Shown: positions 18,469 through 28,866, numbered from the stretch's first letter. The stretch: 64,000 bases of DNA from Candidatus Wolframiiraptor gerlachensis (GCA_021323375.2 JAJPCT020000018.1:1-64000), one strand, 5' to 3'. Notes: generated by a model not told the origin, from the letters alone. Translations and numbers: made by a program.

Positions 18469-19023
18469 ATGCTTCTGATAATCGAGAAGGAGACGCTGGT
18501 TGAGCTGGCGAGGCTTGTTGGAGGGGAGGAGGCCGCGAAGGTCATGCGCCTTCTCGTAAGCAGGCCAGGAATAGTTGACGAGCAGATCGCGAAGAAGCTC
18601 AACATGGATGTGCGCGAGGTGAGGAAGATACTCCACAGGCTCAATAGCATCGGGATACTCTACTATGAGCTTGCGAGGGATAAGAAGACTGATCATAGGA
18701 TATTCAAGTGGTATGTCCAAGAGGAGCAGGCAACAGGCTTCATAATCTCAAACATGCAGAAGATCCGGGAGAGGTTGATTGAGAAGCTCCAAGCTGAGGA
18801 GAGCAACCAGTTCTACTGGTGCGGCACCCTGGGCCATCCCAGGCTCCTATTCGACCAGGCCATGGAGCAGCTCTTCAGATGTCCGGTATGCAAAAAGCCC
18901 ATGGAGCCCCATGAGAACAGGGATCTAATAGAGGCTCTTAAGCGGAAGATCGAGGAGGTCGAGAAGGCCTTAAGTGAGATGACCGAGGTAAGAAAGCCTG
19001 AGGTGGCCGAGAAGACAGGATAG
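18469..19023 (+). CDS. tfe: Transcription factor E (alpha)
   Basis: Winged HTH DEQIAKKLN..VRKILHRL, Zn ribbon FYWC..FDQAME..FRCPVCK. Confidence 0.93.
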   Translation: MLLIIEKETLVELARLVGGEEAAKVMRLLVSRPGIVDEQIAKKLNMDVREVRKILHRLNSIGILYYELARDKKTDHRIFKWYVQEEQATGFIISNMQKIRERLIEKLQAEESNQFYWCGTLGHPRLLFDQAMEQLFRCPVCKKPMEPHENRDLIEALKRKIEEVEKALSEMTEVRKPEVAEKTG

Positions 19024-19032
19024 CGTGGGGAG

Positions 19033-19614
19033 ATGTCTAGGATAACGGTTCTGAGGCTCGGCCATAGGATAGCGAGGGATAAGAGGGTTACCACGCATGT
19101 GGCCCTAGTCGCGAGAGCATACGGCGCCCATGAGATAATAATCACGGGAGACCGCGATGATAACCTAATACGCCGCATAGAGATTATAGTCGAGAAATGG
19201 GGCGGGCCGTTCTCCGCGAGATTCGAGGATAACTGGAGAGAGGTAATCAGGAGGTTCAAGGAGGCTGGAGCAGCAATAATCCACCTGACAATGTATGGTG
19301 TAAACCTCCCCGACATAATAGATGAGATTAGAAGGATCTGGAGAGATGGTAAAGATCTATTGGTGATTGTCGGAGGCGAGAAGGTCCCAGGAGAGGTTTA
19401 CGGCCTAGCAGACTACAACATCGCTGTTGGAAACCAGCCCCATAGCGAGGTCGCAGCACTAGCAACATTCCTAGACTGGCTCCAAGAGGGAGAGGAGCTG
19501 AGAAGGGAGTTCTCGAACGCGAAGCTGAAGATAATCCCGAGCCCAAGAGGAAAGAAGGTTATACGCCTAGGGAGTGAAGGCTTACCGATTAACGAGGATG
19601 ATGCAGGTCATTAG
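19033..19614 (+). CDS. trm56: tRNA (cytidine-56-2'-O)-methyltransferase
   Basis: [39 protein letters not shown]. Confidence 0.96.
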   Translation: MSRITVLRLGHRIARDKRVTTHVALVARAYGAHEIIITGDRDDNLIRRIEIIVEKWGGPFSARFEDNWREVIRRFKEAGAAIIHLTMYGVNLPDIIDEIRRIWRDGKDLLVIVGGEKVPGEVYGLADYNIAVGNQPHSEVAALATFLDWLQEGEELRREFSNAKLKIIPSPRGKKVIRLGSEGLPINEDDAGH

Positions 19615-20885
19615 ACGCCATTACCAGCTAAGGGTATGACATAGGGGCCTTCTGGAATTACCATGATCTCGGCATCCCTCCTCCCGACAATATTGAATGC
19701 CATTTCAAGAGCCTCCTCCACGGTCTTAGCACGCTCGAGCATAAAGCTCCTCGCAAGCCTCTCAGAGATATAATCGCTCACCAAAATCACCTTAGCCCTT
19801 TTCAGAACCCTCGCTAGTACCTGCGCCTCCCACTGATCATTTATCGGCTCATTTCTCCTAATATTCTCAAGAACCTCGTCGGAACTGCCGGCACCCTGAA
19901 AGATTCTCAGGAAGTCCTCGTGGCCGCCAAGCCCATCCCTGCACTCTGAGGCAATTATTATAACGCCACCATCCCTAACAGCATAAGCGGCGGTATCCAT
20001 CCCCTTAACGGCCTGATAGAGATCCCTATCCAGCGGGAAGCCGCCATTAGTCGTTATCACGATATCGACAAGCCTCTCAACATGGAGCTTAACAAAGCGA
20101 TCTAGGAACTCAACTCCAGCGAGATGAGCCTTTACCGGATCCCCCGCGAATATCCCAGTAACCTCCCTCCTCTCATTAATCGTCACATTGATTATGAAGT
20201 TGAGCCGGGTCATCCTCATGAACTCGACCATATCCATGTGGATCGGATTTCCCTCCAAGATCCCAGCCCTAGATCTCGGATTATCAATCATCTTAAAGCC
20301 ATGATTCCTGAATACCGCCTCCCTACCCGCAACCCCCGGCAGGATCGTCTTCCTGCCACCACTATATCCGGCGAAGAAATGGGGCTCGATAAGCCCAGCC
20401 CCTATAACAATATCACTCTCAAGAACAAGCCTATTAACATGAATTGGCGTTCCATAGCTCGTCTTCGCATCAAGCTTCACAACCTGCTCATCATCAGATG
20501 CTCTATGATTGATTACTTCATACTTCTCTAGAACATCTTCACCAAGCATTCTCCTCAGCTCATCCCTCCCAACCTCCCTGTGGAGGCCGGTCGCAACCAG
20601 AATCCGAACCTCGGCCATGGAGTTAGCTCTCTCAACATAATTCAGCAGATGGGGGATTATACGCCTAGATGGAAAAGCCCTAGTATTATCCGGCACTATT
20701 AACAGAATCCGGCCAGCCCCCTTTAAGAGATCACCAAGACTTGGACTAGAGATGGGATATCTTAAAACTCTCTCAAGTTCCCCTTCAACGGATGCTAGAG
20801 CGGGCATCTCCCTAGACCTTAAGATCCTACATCCCTCAAGCTCTATCTCAAGCGCGCCCTCGCCATAAGGCAGCTCAACCCTCAT
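19611..20885 (-). CDS. larA: Nickel-pincer lactate racemase family protein
   Basis: [37 protein letters not shown]. Confidence 0.9.
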   Translation of the reverse strand: MRVELPYGEGALEIELEGCRILRSREMPALASVEGELERVLRYPISSPSLGDLLKGAGRILLIVPDNTRAFPSRRIIPHLLNYVERANSMAEVRILVATGLHREVGRDELRRMLGEDVLEKYEVINHRASDDEQVVKLDAKTSYGTPIHVNRLVLESDIVIGAGLIEPHFFAGYSGGRKTILPGVAGREAVFRNHGFKMIDNPRSRAGILEGNPIHMDMVEFMRMTRLNFIINVTINERREVTGIFAGDPVKAHLAGVEFLDRFVKLHVERLVDIVITTNGGFPLDRDLYQAVKGMDTAAYAVRDGGVIIIASECRDGLGGHEDFLRIFQGAGSSDEVLENIRRNEPINDQWEAQVLARVLKRAKVILVSDYISERLARSFMLERAKTVEEALEMAFNIVGRRDAEIMVIPEGPYVIPLAGNGV

Positions 20886-20988
20886 AATTCACCCTACATT
20901 AGCAAGCCCTAACTAATGTTCATATCTCCAAGCATGTATCCATCTCATGCTTAAAATTTTTAAAGCAGAGCATAAATAAGAACGACTT

Positions 20989-21077
20989 GGGCCGGTAGTC
21001 TAGAGGCTATGACGCCGCCCTCACACAATTCTAGGAGGATACGGCGGCGGTCGTGGGGTCGCATCCCACCCGGCCCA
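20989..21077 (+). tRNA. tRNA-Val(CAC) with 16-nt intron (about 21026-21041) and atypical T-loop
   Basis: Near-identical to tRNA-Val(GAC); anticodon CAC 21022-24; insertion after position 37; T-loop GTCGCAT. Confidence 0.85.
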
Positions 21078-21144
21078 TATCGCTTAGCATCCTCGGCGGC
21101 ATAATCTTTTTCAAATCTCTTATCGCTTATGTCAATGCAGCGAG

Positions 21145-21318
21145 TTGGCTCGGAAGAAGATTCTAAAATGCCCGGCTTGCGGCTTCCAGTTCGAGGTTAG
21201 CTATGCTAGAGCCTTCGCCTGTAGCGGATGCCCCTCATCCATATCATGCGACTATGTCAGATGTCCAAAATGCGGCGAGGAATTTCCAGAGGTCTCTACG
21301 ATATATCAGTCATCGTAG
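21145..21318 (+). CDS. Small Cys-rich Zn-ribbon protein (57 aa)
   Basis: TTG start; KCPACG..YARAFACSGCP..CDYVRCPKCGEEF; below ORF-track cutoff. Confidence 0.8.
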   Translation: MARKKILKCPACGFQFEVSYARAFACSGCPSSISCDYVRCPKCGEEFPEVSTIYQSS

Positions 21319-21360
21319 AACAACGCTTATGTGTAAAGAAATTAACTATTGCATCAAGCC

Positions 21361-22668
21361 ATGAGGTATGAGGATACGACCTTGGCCTCTAGAAGGATGT
21401 TCGAGGAGGCGTGCAGATATCTTCCGGGAGGGGTGTCTTACTCGATAAGATACTTTGAGCCCTATCCTATCTATGTCTCAGCTGCGCGTGGTCAGAGGAT
21501 TTGGGATCTTGATGGAAACGAGTATACTGATTACTGGATGGGGCATGGTGCTCTGATTATGGGACATGGTTATCGGCCGGTTATCGATGCTGCGGTAAGC
21601 CAGTTGCAGGATTATGCTCATGTTGGTTTCCCCCATGAGTGGGAGGTTAGGCTGGCGATGCAGGTGTCGAGAATGGTTGAGAGCGTTGAGATGATGAGAT
21701 TCACGAATAGCGGGACGGAGGCGGCGATGTATGCCTGCAGGCTCGCTAGAGCATATACAGGGAGAAAGGTAGTCGCGAAGTTCGAGGGCGGGTGGCATGG
21801 TGGATACGACTGCCTCCATATCGGGGTTCAGCCCCCATATGAGGTCCCCGGGAGCCTGGGGATACCCGAGGAGTCGCTCAAGTATACGATACTCCTGCCA
21901 TTCAATGATCTTGAGAGTGTTGAGAAGCGTGTGAGAGACCTTGACCTCGCGGCGATAATTGTCGAGCCGGTCCTCGGAGCTGGTGGAGTGATACCGGCTG
22001 AGCCTGAGTTCCTCAGGGGGCTGAGAGAGATCTGCGACATGCTCGGCGCACTCCTGATATTCGACGAGGTTATCACGGGCTTTAGGCTGTCCCCCGGAGG
22101 GGCGCAGAGGATCTATGGTGTCAGGCCGGATCTAACGATCTTCGGGAAGATATTGGGCGGCGGCATCTTCCCGGCTGGGGGCTTCGGGGGAAAGACTGAG
22201 ATAATGGAGCTTCTCGATCAACTAAAATATCCTCGGCCGCATGAGAGGGCATTTCAGGGCGGGACTTATGCCGCGAATCCGCTGACCACGAGGGTGGGAT
22301 ACACGCTTCTCAAGGAGCTTGAGGAGAGGCCTGAGATCTATCAAAGGCTTAACCAGCTTGGAGAATATGTTAGAAAAAGTCTCGAAGATGTTTTCTCTAG
22401 ACATGGCCTAGCAGCTCACATTACTGGGATTGGCTCGATGATAGGGATACACTTCACGAGGGAGAGGCCCCGGGATGCTAGGATGGCCCAGCAGACGAAG
22501 AATGTGGAGATAGCTAGGAGGTTCTTCAGACATGTGCTGGAGAATGGGATGATATATCTGACGCCCGAGGTCCCGCATCTCTTCATTTCTGCGGCGCACA
22601 CCCGGGAGGACTTGGGTGATCTGATCTCGGTCGCGGAGGATTTTGCGAGGAGGAATGCTACTCCCTGA
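21361..22668 (+). CDS. Class III aminotransferase, glutamate-1-semialdehyde aminomutase-like
   Basis: FTNSGTEA, KFEGGWHG, LIFDEVITGFR, FGKILGGG. Confidence 0.88.
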   Translation: MRYEDTTLASRRMFEEACRYLPGGVSYSIRYFEPYPIYVSAARGQRIWDLDGNEYTDYWMGHGALIMGHGYRPVIDAAVSQLQDYAHVGFPHEWEVRLAMQVSRMVESVEMMRFTNSGTEAAMYACRLARAYTGRKVVAKFEGGWHGGYDCLHIGVQPPYEVPGSLGIPEESLKYTILLPFNDLESVEKRVRDLDLAAIIVEPVLGAGGVIPAEPEFLRGLREICDMLGALLIFDEVITGFRLSPGGAQRIYGVRPDLTIFGKILGGGIFPAGGFGGKTEIMELLDQLKYPRPHERAFQGGTYAANPLTTRVGYTLLKELEERPEIYQRLNQLGEYVRKSLEDVFSRHGLAAHITGIGSMIGIHFTRERPRDARMAQQTKNVEIARRFFRHVLENGMIYLTPEVPHLFISAAHTREDLGDLISVAEDFARRNATP

Positions 22669-24787
22669 AGTAGGGTTGGAGGAATGCTTTGGGCGGCCTC
22701 GCCCTCTTGCCGAGGGCTGCTGAGACCGCAACCGTCAATAGGTATGGTATGGATTGGAAGAACTGGTATGGTAGCTGGACTATCGTGACGAGCCATGCTT
22801 GGAGGGCGTTTAGGAATCCGAAGAAGATGCATGCAAGCCATATCCATGCAGGGTTCCAGTTTCCGAGGACGACGAGGGCCATAGCTATCCAGCTCCACTC
22901 GCCGCCAACATTTAGATTGAATGATCTCAAGTCTATGAGGGAGTAGAATGCGCCGCCGATGGCCATTAGCGCGGAGCCCGCCAATATCGCGTAATATCTC
23001 ACCGCGTGAACCCTGATCAGGGATGAGTCTGCGGCCCTCGGGTTCTCGCCAACAGCTCTCATCACGAGGCCCCATCTAGTCTTAGCTAGAATGAAGATTA
23101 GGATTAGCGGCAGGATGTATGCTCCAGCATAGATGTATGGGTTCTGGTTGAAGGCTGAGCCTATTATGGGCAGGTCTCCGAGGGGCCCGAGCTTTAGGGG
23201 CGGCGTGGCCGGGACTGTCGGCTCGACTAGCGGCGACCCAATCAATACGCGGTGCACAAAGTATGTCAGGTTCATGGCATAGAATGTTATGGCTATTCCC
23301 GAGATATGTTGCTGGCATCCAAGGCTCACTACTAGGAGGGCGTGGAGTAGGCCGAGGAGAGCGCCGATGAGGGCCGCGGCCACGACCCCGATCAATATGC
23401 TGCCGGAGAGGTAGGCGGCCACGAAACCCCATCCAGCGCCGGCTATCATTATCCCGAGTATTCCTAGGTTCAGGACGCCGGTCTTCTCTATGAGCATCTC
23501 ACCTAAGGATGCGAAGATTATTGGTGTCGCCGAGACAAGCGTTAAACCCACAATACTCGAGATGATCCTCTCTAGGTAGCTTCCTTGTATAATCGCGCCG
23601 ACGGTCGCGAGGATTGCGAGCGCCATAATGGCGTAGAGCATCATAGTTAGAGTTCTCCTGCCGAGAATGATTTGGGATGATGAGCGGCCTCCGCCTAAAC
23701 CACCTACGGTGGCTGAGGGCTTCTCGAGCTTAACAGCCTTTCTAAATCCAATGCGTATTCTGTATGTTGTGATGGCCCCTAATATTAGGAAGATTATGAG
23801 GGTCTGTGCTTGTATGAGGTCTGATAGGAATGATGGGACGCCCGTGTTCCAGCTCATGGCATTCGCGCCGTTTATCAATATGCTGAAGAATATCCCGGCT
23901 AATGCTGCTCCTATTGGATCAAGGCCTCCGAGCATCGCTATCGCTAGGGCTATGAGGCCATAGTTTGGGCCGACAAATGGTGTCATGTAGAATAGTATTC
24001 CGGTTACTTCACATGCCCCAGCAAGTCCCGCAAGACCGCCGCTGATAAAAGCCACCCAGAAATAGATCTTCGGGAGGCTGAATCCCTCGAGCTCCGCAAC
24101 CCTTGGCGAGGTCGCGGCTATAATCCAGTTCCTGAGAATAGTCCTATTCATCAGGATCCAGAGGACTCCTAAGATGATGAAGGGCAATATTACGCCTAAG
24201 TGGAGCCGAGTTCCCGGGATGAGTATCGGGAGTTTCGCATTAGCTCCTATCTCGGCTGACTGTGGATAGGTGGTATAGGGGGCTCTCATCGGCCCTGTGA
24301 GAAGACCGGCACATATCTGGAGAACCGCACTCCAGATTAGGAGTGTTGTCAGGACCTCATCTTGGTTACGTCGAACCTTCAGCCACCAGCTCACGAGGCA
24401 TACGGCCGCGCCCCCAAGCCAGCTTAACATGAAGATCAGCAGTATCAGGAGCTGGGGCGGGAGATGCTTTAACTGGACTCCGAGATATGCTGCGATTAGG
24501 CCGCCGACTATGAACTGGCCGTGCACTCCGAGGTTCCAGAACCTGGCCCTAAATGCGACTAGGATTGCGAATGCTAATATTATTAGCGGTGATGCAGTGA
24601 CTAAGATCTCCGTGGGGTTCTCGAAGGGCCATGTAAGGAGATAGTAGTATACTGCTCCAAGATCCCCCCTGGCCATCAGGACGTATATCGCGGAGGCTAG
24701 GATTGAGAGGATGACGGCTAGAACGGTGATGCTCAACCTCTTGATGGGTGTAAGGGCTCCCCTTCTCTCGAGGCTAAGTTCGAGCAA
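22658..24787 (-). CDS. ABC transporter permease, two nucleoside/sugar-type permease domains fused
   Basis: WNLGVHGQF..GGLAGLAG domain followed by EKTGVLNLG..RAVGENPRAAD..GNWNP domain in one frame. Confidence 0.88.
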   Translation of the reverse strand: MLELSLERRGALTPIKRLSITVLAVILSILASAIYVLMARGDLGAVYYYLLTWPFENPTEILVTASPLIILAFAILVAFRARFWNLGVHGQFIVGGLIAAYLGVQLKHLPPQLLILLIFMLSWLGGAAVCLVSWWLKVRRNQDEVLTTLLIWSAVLQICAGLLTGPMRAPYTTYPQSAEIGANAKLPILIPGTRLHLGVILPFIILGVLWILMNRTILRNWIIAATSPRVAELEGFSLPKIYFWVAFISGGLAGLAGACEVTGILFYMTPFVGPNYGLIALAIAMLGGLDPIGAALAGIFFSILINGANAMSWNTGVPSFLSDLIQAQTLIIFLILGAITTYRIRIGFRKAVKLEKPSATVGGLGGGRSSSQIILGRRTLTMMLYAIMALAILATVGAIIQGSYLERIISSIVGLTLVSATPIIFASLGEMLIEKTGVLNLGILGIMIAGAGWGFVAAYLSGSILIGVVAAALIGALLGLLHALLVVSLGCQQHISGIAITFYAMNLTYFVHRVLIGSPLVEPTVPATPPLKLGPLGDLPIIGSAFNQNPYIYAGAYILPLILIFILAKTRWGLVMRAVGENPRAADSSLIRVHAVRYYAILAGSALMAIGGAFYSLIDLRSFNLNVGGEWSWIAMALVVLGNWNPAWIWLACIFFGFLNALQAWLVTIVQLPYQFFQSIPYLLTVAVSAALGKRARPPKAFLQPYFRE

Positions 24788-26315
24788 CTTCCATCAACCC
24801 GCTTATCATCATGCCGAGCTTCTCAACAGTTATCTCGGAGGGCTTAAATGTCCCGAGGATCCTCTTGTTCGCGAATGCTGAAACCCTGTCGCATATGGCT
24901 AGCAGCTCCTTTAGATTTGGAGAGAATATTATCGTTGTTAATCCTCTCCGCCTCCTCTCCAAAACCCTGTCAAAGAACAGCTTTACGCCGCGTGGGTCTA
25001 GGCCGACAGTCGGGTGGAGGGTTATCAGGAGCTTATCCCACCTCCCCAGCACTCTCCCGATATAGGTCCTCTGCATGTTTCCGCCAGAGAGGGTTTCAAC
25101 AGGGCTCTTCAAGTCCCTGAAGACAATCTGAAACTCGCTCGCAAGCCTCTCAGCAAGCCTCCTCCGCTTCTCCGGCTCAAGGAAAATTCCATGTGAGAAG
25201 AGGCTCTCGCTCCCGATCGTGAGGTTATCCTCTATGCTCGCCCCGAGGATCAAGCCATCCCATATCCTATCATCCGAGAGGAATCCGACGCCGCGCCTCC
25301 TAAGCTCTGCCGCGCCCAGGCCGGTAACATCCTCGCCAAACAATATGATCCTCCCGGATGCGGGCTTCCTAACACCATAGATACATTCTGCCAGCTCCTT
25401 CTCCCCGGTCCCGGGAACAGCCGCTACCCCGTGAATCTCCCCCTCAAAAACCTCGAGATCGAGATCCTCTACAATGACCTCGCCCCTATCATCCACAACA
25501 ACAAGATCCTCAAGCCTCAAAGCCGTCCTCTCACAAGCCTTCTCCAAGATCTCAACCTCCTCCAATGGCTTGAAGTACTCCACCTCATCGAACATGCTCT
25601 TGATGAGATCCTCAAGCTTGGCCTCTCTCGCATCGAACCTCGAGACTATCTTGCCGCCAGTCATCACAAGAATCTCATCAACGGCCTCGATCAGGTCCGA
25701 GAGATCGTGGGAGATGATTATCACGGTATACCCGCGGCTGGCCAGCTCTCTCAGGTACTCGCTTATCCTCCGCTTCTGCTGCGCCGGGAGATAAGCCATG
25801 CTCTCATCCAGTATCAGGATAGGCCTCCTCCCCATCTCATGGAGCATCTCGCAGATCATTAGGGCTCGGATGATCTCGAATGCCCTCAGCTGCCCTATCG
25901 GAAGCCTCTCCGCCAGCTGATCAAGAGCGAGCTTAACGCCGATCTCACTAGCTATCCTCTCAGCCATTCTCCTGACCTCATCTAGATCGGGCATTATGCC
26001 TGGATGAAGAAGCGCGAGCTGCTCGAGAAGCGTTAGAGCTGGAGCAAGGTTAGGATGCTGCTCAACCTTAACAACACCTGCCTCAACCACCGCCTGATGA
26101 TATTCCTCAATCCTAACACCATTAACAAAAACATCCCCGCGATCAGGCCTCAGATATCCAGAGATTATGTTTGTCAGAGTTGATTTCCCAGCACCATTAG
26201 GCCCAACGAGCCCATAAACCCTACCACCATCGAGCTCCAAAGTGACGTCATCTAGCGCTATCGCGCCCCCGATGAAGGTCTTCCTTACGTTTATCAGCCT
26301 GATCGCGGGGATCAA
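24774..26315 (-). CDS. ABC transporter ATP-binding protein (tandem NBD, CUT2-type)
   Basis: GPNGAGKST, ILILDE, LSGGNMQR. Confidence 0.92.
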   Translation of the reverse strand: MIPAIRLINVRKTFIGGAIALDDVTLELDGGRVYGLVGPNGAGKSTLTNIISGYLRPDRGDVFVNGVRIEEYHQAVVEAGVVKVEQHPNLAPALTLLEQLALLHPGIMPDLDEVRRMAERIASEIGVKLALDQLAERLPIGQLRAFEIIRALMICEMLHEMGRRPILILDESMAYLPAQQKRRISEYLRELASRGYTVIIISHDLSDLIEAVDEILVMTGGKIVSRFDAREAKLEDLIKSMFDEVEYFKPLEEVEILEKACERTALRLEDLVVVDDRGEVIVEDLDLEVFEGEIHGVAAVPGTGEKELAECIYGVRKPASGRIILFGEDVTGLGAAELRRRGVGFLSDDRIWDGLILGASIEDNLTIGSESLFSHGIFLEPEKRRRLAERLASEFQIVFRDLKSPVETLSGGNMQRTYIGRVLGRWDKLLITLHPTVGLDPRGVKLFFDRVLERRRRGLTTIIFSPNLKELLAICDRVSAFANKRILGTFKPSEITVEKLGMMISGLMEVART

Positions 26316-26331
26316 GGCTATCTCACCAGCC

Positions 26332-27570
26332 CTACTTCTTCGCCCTCATGGCTCTCCGCGCCAACAATGCTATCACTATCGCCTCGATCACGACTACAAC
26401 TGCCAGCATATACGTTGCTATCTCAAAGATCTGTGTCGGCTGCTGGGGCGCCGCGCCTCCAGCCTGTCTAAGCTCCGGCCAAACCTGCTCCGGCGGCAGC
26501 TCGATTATCGGAACCCAGGTCATCCCAGTCCTAATCTTATCCTCCCACTCCCTGACCAGTGTCAGGATATCTTCGTTTAGCGGCGGGCTCGGCTTACCAA
26601 AGTGGTGGAATGGAGCGAGATATGATCCATTAAAGTTCATCCAAGAGTATGTTCCGAGGTTGTCGGCGGTGTATGATCCTGATAAAACCCTCTCGAAGAC
26701 TACTCGGACCGTTGGCCTCATATCCCATACGAGGCTTGTTATTGTGACCTCGGGCGCCCTCTCATATTGATCCGCCATGTTGCCTATGACCCAGACCTCC
26801 TTGCCTGCGGCATAAGCCTCCCTTGCGGCCTCCTCGGCCCCAACCCTCTCAGCGAAGATCACGTCAACCCCGCTATCTATCAGAGTCTTCGCCAGCCTCT
26901 TCGCGGTCGCTGGATGATACCATGGAGACTCGCCTGGTGGAATATTGCCGAGGAGATAGACCACCTTCGCCTCAACATTCGGATTAACCATCTTGGCACC
27001 ATAAATGAATGCGTTAACGATCCTGTTCACCTCATTTATCGGCATCGCGGCAACAACACCTATCTTATTAGTCTTCGTGATCTTTCCAGCAATTATCCCC
27101 GCGAGGAATGCTGGCTGATGAAGCCAGTTATCGAAGACCGCGAAGTTCGGCGGTGTCGGGGAATACTCGCTACCAGCGGCAAAGGCCACATTCGGATAAT
27201 CCCTCGCAACTCTCCTGGCGATATCCTCCTTAAGGAAGGCGTCGAGGAAGACTATGTCAGCGACCTTCGCAGCATCCCTGAGCGCGAGCTCAAACTCCTT
27301 GGGATCCTGCTTCCTATCCACGAACTGGTAATCAACCTCTATGCCCTTAGCCCTATACTCCTCAGCAACGGCGAGGATCGCCTGGTGTATCGCTCCATCC
27401 CATGGCTCGCTAACAGGTGTCTGGAAAACCGCCCGGACGACGAGCCTTCTACGCGTCTCCTGGCCTTCAGCGGATGTCAGCGAGAACCCGGCGAGAATAA
27501 TGCAGAGCAAGAGCAACATGGCGAGAAACACTATCCGCCTCGCCGCAAAACTCCTACTCACTCGGGGCAT
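26332..27570 (-). CDS. BMP-family ABC substrate-binding protein
   Basis: Signal peptide, FLAGIIAGKITKTNKIGVV, GVDVIF, C-terminal TM anchor. Confidence 0.9.
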   Translation of the reverse strand: MPRVSRSFAARRIVFLAMLLLLCIILAGFSLTSAEGQETRRRLVVRAVFQTPVSEPWDGAIHQAILAVAEEYRAKGIEVDYQFVDRKQDPKEFELALRDAAKVADIVFLDAFLKEDIARRVARDYPNVAFAAGSEYSPTPPNFAVFDNWLHQPAFLAGIIAGKITKTNKIGVVAAMPINEVNRIVNAFIYGAKMVNPNVEAKVVYLLGNIPPGESPWYHPATAKRLAKTLIDSGVDVIFAERVGAEEAAREAYAAGKEVWVIGNMADQYERAPEVTITSLVWDMRPTVRVVFERVLSGSYTADNLGTYSWMNFNGSYLAPFHHFGKPSPPLNEDILTLVREWEDKIRTGMTWVPIIELPPEQVWPELRQAGGAAPQQPTQIFEIATYMLAVVVVIEAIVIALLARRAMRAKK

Positions 27571-27703
27571 ATTGAATGATTGTTAGAGCTTCATTTATAC
27601 CCTTTCCAGGCAGAAAAACCGGGAAGATATACCCAGAGATTATGCATTTGTGTAAGAATTTCTAGAGAAGATTTTTAAGAACCTGGTAAGATCTCTGAAA
27701 ATG

Positions 27704-27775
27704 GCCCCGGTAGCTCAGCGGGAGAGCGCCCGGCTGAAGACCGGGTTGTCGTGGGTTCAAATCCCACCCGGGGCA
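27704..27775 (+). tRNA. tRNA-Phe(GAA)
   Basis: GCCCCGG/CCGGGGC acceptor, CCCGG-CTGAAGA-CCGGG, TTCAAAT. Confidence 0.96.
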
Positions 27776-27816
27776 TCTTCCTAGGGGAAAGGTATGCTCT
27801 CCGACATCATCATTTT

Positions 27817-27888
27817 GGATGATGAGCTGCCCACATCCTGAGCCCTCTTGGGATTTCTCGGCGATGAGGATCCCCCTTGATGCTGATA
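27817..27888 (+). ncRNA. Box C/D sRNA
   Basis: ATGATGA 27819-25, 12 nt, CTGA 27838-41, C' GCGATGA 27861-67, 15 nt, CTGA 27883-86. Confidence 0.78.
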
Positions 27889-27912
27889 TATAGGTAAGCT
27901 ATCATAGTCTTG

Positions 27913-27972
27913 GGATGATGAGTTCCCACCCGACTGAAGCAGGTCTTATGATGAACCCCAGCTTTGCTGATT
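27913..27972 (+). ncRNA. Box C/D sRNA
   Basis: ATGATGA 27915-21, 12 nt, CTGA 27934-37, ATGATGA 27948-54, 12 nt, CTGA 27967-70. Confidence 0.9.
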
Positions 27973-28062
27973 AAGTCAAAGTTAACATAATATAGAACCG
28001 GTGTATGCGTGAAGGCGGAGAGGAGTCTAGGAATAATTTGCGCGATTTACGGTGATCTTCCT

Positions 28063-28866
28063 ATGAGTGGTCAGGGCTTCAATATAATCGTCCTGATCAA
28101 GCAGGTTCCCGATATTGAGAAGGTTAGATTCGACGTTGAGACGGGGAGGATTGATAGGAGCTCGGCGCCCGGCGAGACGAACCCGTTCGACTTACATGCT
28201 CTGGAGGCTGGATTGCAGATTAAGGAGAGGTTTGGAGGCTTTGTTACCGTCATTAGCATGGGGCCGAGGCAGGCTGAGTCATCGCTCAAGGATGCTTTGG
28301 CCAGAGGGGCCGATAGGGCGATACTATTGACGGATGCGAGGCTGGCCGGGGCCGACACGATAGCGACCGCGAAGGCCCTCGCCGCCGCCATCAAAAAGCT
28401 GGGTAAATTCGACTTGGTGCTCTGCGGCGAGAAGACTGTCGACGGCGATACGGGGCAGGTTGGCCCAGAGGTTGCCGAGCTCCTCGGAATACCCCACGCG
28501 ACCTATGTCTGCGAGATCAGGGAGATAACACGAGATAGCATCAGAGTCGTCTCCGATATGGGTGACAAGTATCTCTATGAGCTGAAGCTGCCAGCCCTAC
28601 TAACTGTGACTAGGGAGCTTAACTCGCCTAGGCTCCCGACATTAAAGGATCTCCTAAGAGCCAAGAGAATGCAGGTTGAGATCTGGACCGCCGACCATCT
28701 CTCGGAGATAGTCCCAATTGATCAACTCGGCTTCCAGGGATCTAAGACTAGGGTCGTTAAAGTCGTGATACCGAGCACAGAGCATAGGAGGGGGGTGATC
28801 CTAAAGGGCGATGACGCGGTTGAGAAGATTGGTGAGATCATCTTGAGGGAGGTGCTTAGTGGATGA
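28063..28866 (+). CDS. etfB: Electron transfer flavoprotein beta subunit
   Basis: KQVPD, NPFDLHALE, SMGP, GADTIAT, DGDTGQVGP. Confidence 0.95.
   Translation: MSGQGFNIIVLIKQVPDIEKVRFDVETGRIDRSSAPGETNPFDLHALEAGLQIKERFGGFVTVISMGPRQAESSLKDALARGADRAILLTDARLAGADTIATAKALAAAIKKLGKFDLVLCGEKTVDGDTGQVGPEVAELLGIPHATYVCEIREITRDSIRVVSDMGDKYLYELKLPALLTVTRELNSPRLPTLKDLLRAKRMQVEIWTADHLSEIVPIDQLGFQGSKTRVVKVVIPSTEHRRGVILKGDDAVEKIGEIILREVLSG

Noticed and set aside
27826-27837. C/D guide GCTGCCCACATC is 10/12 complementary to the tnpB omega-RNA motif GATGTGGGGAGT
   Set aside because: An internal mismatch in such a short duplex; an rRNA/tRNA target is far more likely
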